NCBI GenBank assembly: GCA_013115125.1
Contig: JABANN010000012.1
Span: 1 to 64,000 of the forward strand
DNA from: Perkinsus olseni
Taxonomy: Eukaryota
Direction of reading: 5' to 3'
Length of the DNA stretch: 64,000 nt
Shown: one piece after another, positions 58,780 through 64,000 of the stretch
Numbering within the stretch: the stretch's first letter is position 1
Layout: the number at the start of each line of letters is the position of its first letter
Translations under genes and position numbers: made by a program
The notes under the pieces: generated by a model
The model's database searches: none
Told to the model about the DNA's origin: nothing
Seen by the model: only the letters and a program-made list of their open reading frames with translations

Positions 58780-59555
58780 ATGGCCAACAAAGGATTTGTT
58801 CCAACATTCAAAGATCTCTATCACGCTGCCGATGGTGAAAGGTACAATTGGAAGTACGGCATGTTCACCGACTGGTGCAAGGATCCCTGGATGGCCTTGG
58901 TGAGCAATTCACAACAATGGAATCTCGTTTCGTCTCCCACTAAGCCTATTACGCGGTGACCAGGTTATGTCGTTGGCATGGCATCGCTCGACTTGTTTGA
59001 TTACGTGCTTGCTCAGGGTTCCTTCTTCTGTATCCCGTGTGCTCGAGGGATGCTGAGTCAAAAAACAAGTACTGGCGATTTCATGCCCTCATGCCTGATG
59101 AACTGCTTCTGCCCTTGCTTCGCGGACTGCAGTCATAACATAGCGGCCCGGCAGCAAATCAGGGGGGAATACGGAGTCGAAGGTGAGCTTACCATACTAA
59201 GGTTGCCTGGCATAAAGTCCGGGTATAAGGATCAGTGGGGTAGGTACAATATTAGAAGACTTCTGTCTTCTTGGCTGTCGCCCTTGCTCTGCCGCACAGG
59301 AGTTCAATCAGCTCGGCGTAACAGTTGATGATGTCGAGAACGACGTAGGTCATCAACGCATCTCTCTAATCGTCATCGGTCAGCGATCGATATGGAGTGG
59401 CTATCTATCAGGTACGGCGAGCTGTGGACAATGCCAAGAGCAGCGGCAACACTCCTGAAACGAGCACGCACCAACAGGCGTTCGGCCAGGCCGCCGAGGG
59501 CTCAACTCCAGCACCGGCCGCAGCTCCCGCACAGAACACCATGAATGCCGCATAA
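58780..59555 (+). CDS. PLAC8 family Cys-rich protein, copy 1
   Basis: Spliced: NWKYGMFTDWCKDPWMAL|GSFFCIPCARG...AARQQIRGEYGVE|GTILEDFCLLGCRPCSAAQEFNQL. Confidence 0.85.
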
Positions 59556-60126
59556 GACCGGTCATTGAGAAAGAGCTATGCTCTCGTAGCTGATCCAAGG
59601 CTGAGGATTGACTTCTCTCGGTATCCTCTTTGGGATACCTTATTCATCGATGTATTTGATACCCACTTAACCATCGCGGATTTCTAAATTGAGGGACCAT
59701 TGCGTTGAGATTGTCTTTCAATATGATCCTTGGGTCGGACTAACCTGGGGTGGCCTCCGGAACGCACACCGGAGCGTAGCTTGGCATTCTAGGGAAAATC
59801 TCAACTCACAGATTTGCAACTTCAACTCATCGCTAGATGAGTGCTTCAAAAAATCTTCACGGGTGTATAGTTCATTGTGGTTATGAAGCACACCTTGTGG
59901 CGCTCCCCCGTTCTATCACGCGTTGGACGCTGGCTGTGATGTGTGCCAGGACTGCATCGTGAGCGTGTCGGGAGGAGTTTCGCGAGGCCCGCGGTAGGCA
60001 GTCGTGGTTAACTCGCGGCTTCTCAGGGTCGATCTCTTCGTTACCTTCGTCGCTGTGTGATCTTGGTGCTGGTCGCATGGGCTGAGCAGCTCTGGGTAGT
60101 TGTATTGGAGTCCATTCAAAACAGCA

Positions 60127-60860
60127 ATGAGCAACAACCCCGGTTTCCGCCATACCTTCAACGATCTCTACGAAGCGTCTGATGGGAAGGAGTACAACTG
60201 GTCCAATGGCCTTTTCAGCGGATGGCTGGGGAACATCCCAACATGCCTGGTGAGTCATTCAATGGTCAACAAAAGATACTATCTATCGGACGCTTGCTGG
60301 TTTCCTGAGCCCTTGCGCTCAGCATTCTCTCCTCGTGCTCTCGTCGCTGCGCTCAACCTGCATCTTGTCTTCCGTAGGGATCGGTATGCTGCTTCCCTTG
60401 TTCTCGCGGGTACCTCACCACGAAGGCCGGTGGGAAGTTCTGGCCCTCATGTCTGATGAACACTTTTGGTTGTGGTCTCGGAGATTGCAGCCACAACATC
60501 GTAGCAAGACGTTCTCTACGGGAGGAACGCGGCATCCGAGGTTAGTGCTGACCTCAAGCCATTCAGCGTTGTAGGATCATTCCCCTTTCACAGGTACAAT
60601 AATTGAGGACTATTGCGTACTGGCGTGCTGCAATGCGTGCGCTGCTGCGCAGGAGATGAACGAACTGGGTGTTACCACCGAGATGGTCAAGAAGGATGTA
60701 TGCCTTTATCCTTCTGTTCTTTCACAGCGGTCATTTCTCTCAGTTCCGCGATCGCAAGAGCACCGCCACCAGCAGTAGTTCTCCTAGTCCTGCGCAGGGT
60801 CCCGCCGTGGCCGCCCCACCTCAGTCGGCACCAGTGCAGAAGGAGATGAGTAACATTTAA
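60127..60860 (+). CDS. PLAC8 family Cys-rich protein, copy 2
   Basis: Spliced: NWSNGLFSGWLGNIPTCL|GSVCCFPCSRG...VARRSLREERGIR|GTIIEDYCVLACCNACAAAQEMNEL; same intron positions as copy 1. Confidence 0.87.
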
Positions 60861-61540
60861 CGATTCAAACTTTTGGTACATTAGTTTTCTGCTCCGTAAA
60901 CATCTGCCTATATAAGCCCGATAAGGTCTATAATTTCATCTCTTGCATCAAGTTGATCCACTAAGTTGTGATGTTTGTTGTCTTGAGTTTTTGGACAGTT
61001 TCAAGATTCGGGCCGTAGTTTCGCCCTGGTTGAGCTCAACGGAGACGAAGGTAATTGGTCAAGATATGGCCTTTGTGAGCGGCGAGCCAGCGGTTCTGCC
61101 ACTGCTATCAGAGGCTCGGTTTCACAATTCTTGACGTTGACTTCGGCTCAAGCACCCGAGTCAGTGGCTTGATTTTAATGGTGCAGTGCGCTCAGCGTCT
61201 TCGATACCATGGTGTAGGGCTCGCTATGGCTGGGTATAACTCGATGGCTGGTATCGGGGGTATCCTCGGGTTTCGTAAGCGAGGCCGAAAGGCGTCGAGG
61301 CCTGCCCTAATCGTTCGTCAACAGTAAAGGGAGGCATTGGATCGCGGAATCGCGGAAATTTCATGACTGATTTGTGATGGACCGTTGAGTGCATGACGGT
61401 TGTCATAGTAGTTTATCCCGGTGTGAGTTGGGACGCTTAGCGGAAGTCGCTTCGACCAATGGATGCTGCTTGCGTTCGATTAATTCTGTGGGTGGGGATT
61501 GAGCCGGGCGAAAAGTTGGATCCCGGCTCCCGGTTGACAC

Positions 61541-62400
61541 ATGGAGAACGGATCATCATCGGAGGAAACTCTCGAACGCCGAGATGCTCTCCTCTTAGCC
61601 GGTCGCAGGCTCAGAGCTACTCTCACCGGTCTGGCCGCAGCGGCTACGGGTCCTGCCGATGGTCAGAGGAACTCCACTGTACCCGGATTGTATGGGGACC
61701 AGCAGGCCCTTCCATTACCCTGTGATGTCTCTCCTCGAGTTAGTTATGGTGGCAGTAGAAGCAACAGTGAGTGCCTTCTGGCCGTGTTGGCCAGTGATAA
61801 TGTAACAGTTTGGCCTCTTTCAGGAACCTCGTCTACGGATGGGACGGCATCGGTGACCTATTTGGACGAAACTCCGCCTGACGATGCGTCTGTTGTGGAG
61901 GAGTGCGCCACCCAGTTGATTAGCAGCCCTCGATCTCCACAGGAACGTCGAGTGTCGCTGCCAAGACTACCTATCAGAGGCTTCCAGTGGGGAGGTTCAG
62001 CCACGTCACAATCGGCCACGACGACGGCCCAGACTCGACCTCGACCAGTCATAGAGAAAGTGAACGATGTATCGTCCGTCAGCAGCCCTCACACGACAGC
62101 GATCCGGCCGAGCCCTGGCATTGATGCTCGTGATAGACCAGCAGAAGTTTCCCCGTCAGCAGCAGAGCTTGCGAACCTTGTGGATCAGCGACTCCAAAGT
62201 CTGGAGCAATCTCTGGCCCATCAGCTCAGCGAGCACATTGAGCGGGTAGAGCGCCGATTAACAGCCATCGAGGGAACTTTGGCGAAGCTACCGGAACGTG
62301 ACCCGGGTAGGGAGTGCGCTTCGATATTATCACTGTGACGCCGTGGCTGTTCTCTCAGATGCTCAAGTCCAACCCCAAGTGTATCGCATTGTAGACATCT
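61541..62400 (+). CDS. Hypothetical protein with C-terminal coiled coil
   Basis: 265-aa ORF, S/T/P-rich middle, heptad LQSLEQSLAHQLSEHIERVERRLTAIEGTL; possible last intron near 62308-62358. Confidence 0.55.
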
Positions 62401-62525
62401 GGCGACATCCGCATCATGTTACTCCTGCCACATGATTACCCGGGCTTCTCGCTCACCCGGCCGCCGAGTTGCCTTCATAGTGAAGCTCCCCGTCACTCTA
62501 GAGCGCTCGTCAGCTTCGGTTATAA

Positions 62526-64000
62526 ATGCCTCCTTCGTTTCACCGACGAGCCTCCAGACCTGTGGTGAAGTCCGGTGCAGCCGCGGGGAGTCGACGAGAG
62601 TCTCTTCGACAGGACTTTCCTCGTCTCTTGTCGAAGCGTGAGCAGGATTTCTTGCATAGGGACATGGAGCGAGAGCTAATGGAAGCGCCATCTCTACCTA
62701 CTATAAGCCATCGGCCTCCTCCCCCTCTATTGAATCCCTCCACGACATCCATCCAGGCGAAGTTTGACTTGTGCCTTGATCAAGCAGTCAAGTGCACCGA
62801 TGAAGACCTCGAAAGGGCCGTCAAGAACGTCTTTGATGTGGTCGAGTCGCTCCCGTCTCGAGGGGGCCTCACCACTCCCGACCCCCGTATGCAGGCTTTA
62901 CTGGCTCGAGTCACCGCAAGGACTGACCTATCCTCTGTTGACACGCTGTTCTACACAGCAATGCTTGGCCTAAGCGTCGGCGGCACGAACTGCGACCGTC
63001 TGTTCGAGGAGATCTTGTCGGTCGGTCGAGTCTACGAGGTTGCACCAACGAACCTTGTTCGACTGTTTCGCGCCAGGTCCTTGAGAACCTCCCTTGGTGA
63101 TCTCGAGTGGCAAATACTGGCTTCGATGGTTACCAACGATATCAGACTGGTGGCTCTGGTCCCTTTATTGGAGCTTCTCGCCCTTGCTAAGGTCGAAGAG
63201 GCCACTTCTTGGGAGCTAGCTCTTGGGTCGCTCTCCTGGCTCACCTTGTCCGTCCCGGAGTTCCTCAGCTGCCTCTCTGCCTTGAAGGCCTGTCCCGATG
63301 TCGAGCTTGCTGCCAAGCATTGTGCCAGAGCAGTGCATGCCCTGGACGATGGCCTTGTCTACGAGCTGCTCTCATTGGCTGACCGAGACTCTCTTCTCTT
63401 CACACTTGCCATCCTCAAGCACCGCTTCGAATCGCGGGTTCTCTGCCCTCACCCGTTACAGGTGGAGGTAGCAGACGGACCTGCACGACTGCTGGCTCGG
63501 AGGCTAGCCTCAGATATGAACCTCGATCAAGCGGGGTTTCCGAGGATGTGCCGAGTTTCGATGGCACTCGTGCAGCTCGGTCGTCTACCAGACTGGACTG
63601 TGAAGGCCATAGAGAAGCGCCTGGCGTCGCCGAGGCTGGTGCTCCTCCCATCGGCCGGGGTTCAACCCACCGATCTGCTTAGTTTGATGTGGGCGTTACA
63701 TCGATGGCCAAACTCATGGCGCCGGCGATCCGAGTGGGGTGCCCCCGACGGGCTCGGTGCCCAGCTCCACATGGCCCTCAGGGCACATTTAACCTCGGGT
63801 ACCATGTCTGCTCGGATGCTACTAACGGCTGTCGAGTGCCTGGCGTCAATCACCACGAGGAAGACCAAACCGGTACTTCTTGATGCGATGCGAGAGGCGG
63901 CAAGACTGGCGCTGGAGGGTAAGGAGGACCTCACACTGAACGAGATCTGTATGGCAGCCACGACCTACACTGTTCGACTGCAGTTCGCCTCGATTGAGCC
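62526..64000 (+). CDS. Long intronless ORF (at least 491 codons, runs off window); helical-repeat-like protein
   Basis: Manually translated from ATG 62526 (MPPSFHRRASRPVVKSGAAAGSRR...) with no stop to the window end. Leu/Ala-rich, with segments such as QPTDLLSLMWALHRW and LTLNEICMAATTY. Confidence 0.75.
   Translation, partial: MPPSFHRRASRPVVKSGAAAGSRRESLRQDFPRLLSKREQDFLHRDMERELMEAPSLPTISHRPPPPLLNPSTTSIQAKFDLCLDQAVKCTDEDLERAVKNVFDVVESLPSRGGLTTPDPRMQALLARVTARTDLSSVDTLFYTAMLGLSVGGTNCDRLFEEILSVGRVYEVAPTNLVRLFRARSLRTSLGDLEWQILASMVTNDIRLVALVPLLELLALAKVEEATSWELALGSLSWLTLSVPEFLSCLSALKACPDVELAAKHCARAVHALDDGLVYELLSLADRDSLLFTLAILKHRFESRVLCPHPLQVEVADGPARLLARRLASDMNLDQAGFPRMCRVSMALVQLGRLPDWTVKAIEKRLASPRLVLLPSAGVQPTDLLSLMWALHRWPNSWRRRSEWGAPDGLGAQLHMALRAHLTSGTMSARMLLTAVECLASITTRKTKPVLLDAMREAARLALEGKEDLTLNEICMAATTYTVRLQFASIE

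Noticed and set aside
61135-61155. Relic spliced-leader sequence (GGCTCAAG)
   Set aside because: Only the last 8 nt match; the upstream CCGTAGCCAT portion is absent.
1-64000. CRISPR arrays, rRNA genes, prokaryotic operons or defence systems
   Set aside because: No repeat-spacer periodicity or rRNA signatures seen; genes have spliceosomal introns, so the RT plus recombinase pair is a retrotransposon, not a retron or DGR.

Overview
Compact, intron-rich eukaryotic (protist) genomic DNA. Short GT-AG introns, tight intergenic gaps, long single-strand gene arrays and tandem amino-acid transporter and PLAC8 paralogs suggest an alveolate, most plausibly Perkinsus-like; this is inference, not a database result. 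The standout element is a tyrosine-recombinase retrotransposon at 1652-6965 with both ends preserved. It has Ngaro-like split direct repeats (A1-[gag Zn-knuckle, RT/RNase H, YR]-B1-A2-B2). The repeats are essentially identical (A 142/142, B 313/314 by eye), yet all three coding regions are frameshifted and gag appears 5'-truncated, and no target-site duplication is needed to explain the ends. It sits beside a palindrome- and motif-rich tract. Host genes: multipass TM-LRR-EF-hand protein, two paralogous type I surface proteins, alpha-tubulin acetyltransferase, THP3/LENG8, Pumilio, MenA/UBIAD1-like prenyltransferase, two AAAP transporters, coiled-coil protein, secreted SAM methyltransferase, class 2 DHODH, USP20/33-like DUB, organellar IF2, two PLAC8 genes and a long helical-repeat-like ORF running off the window end (absent from the ORF track). 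Also present are a degenerate tRNA-Gly-like element, two gene-fragment duplications and a GC-AG intron with a candidate box C/D RNA. Exon boundaries were read by eye and are approximate.
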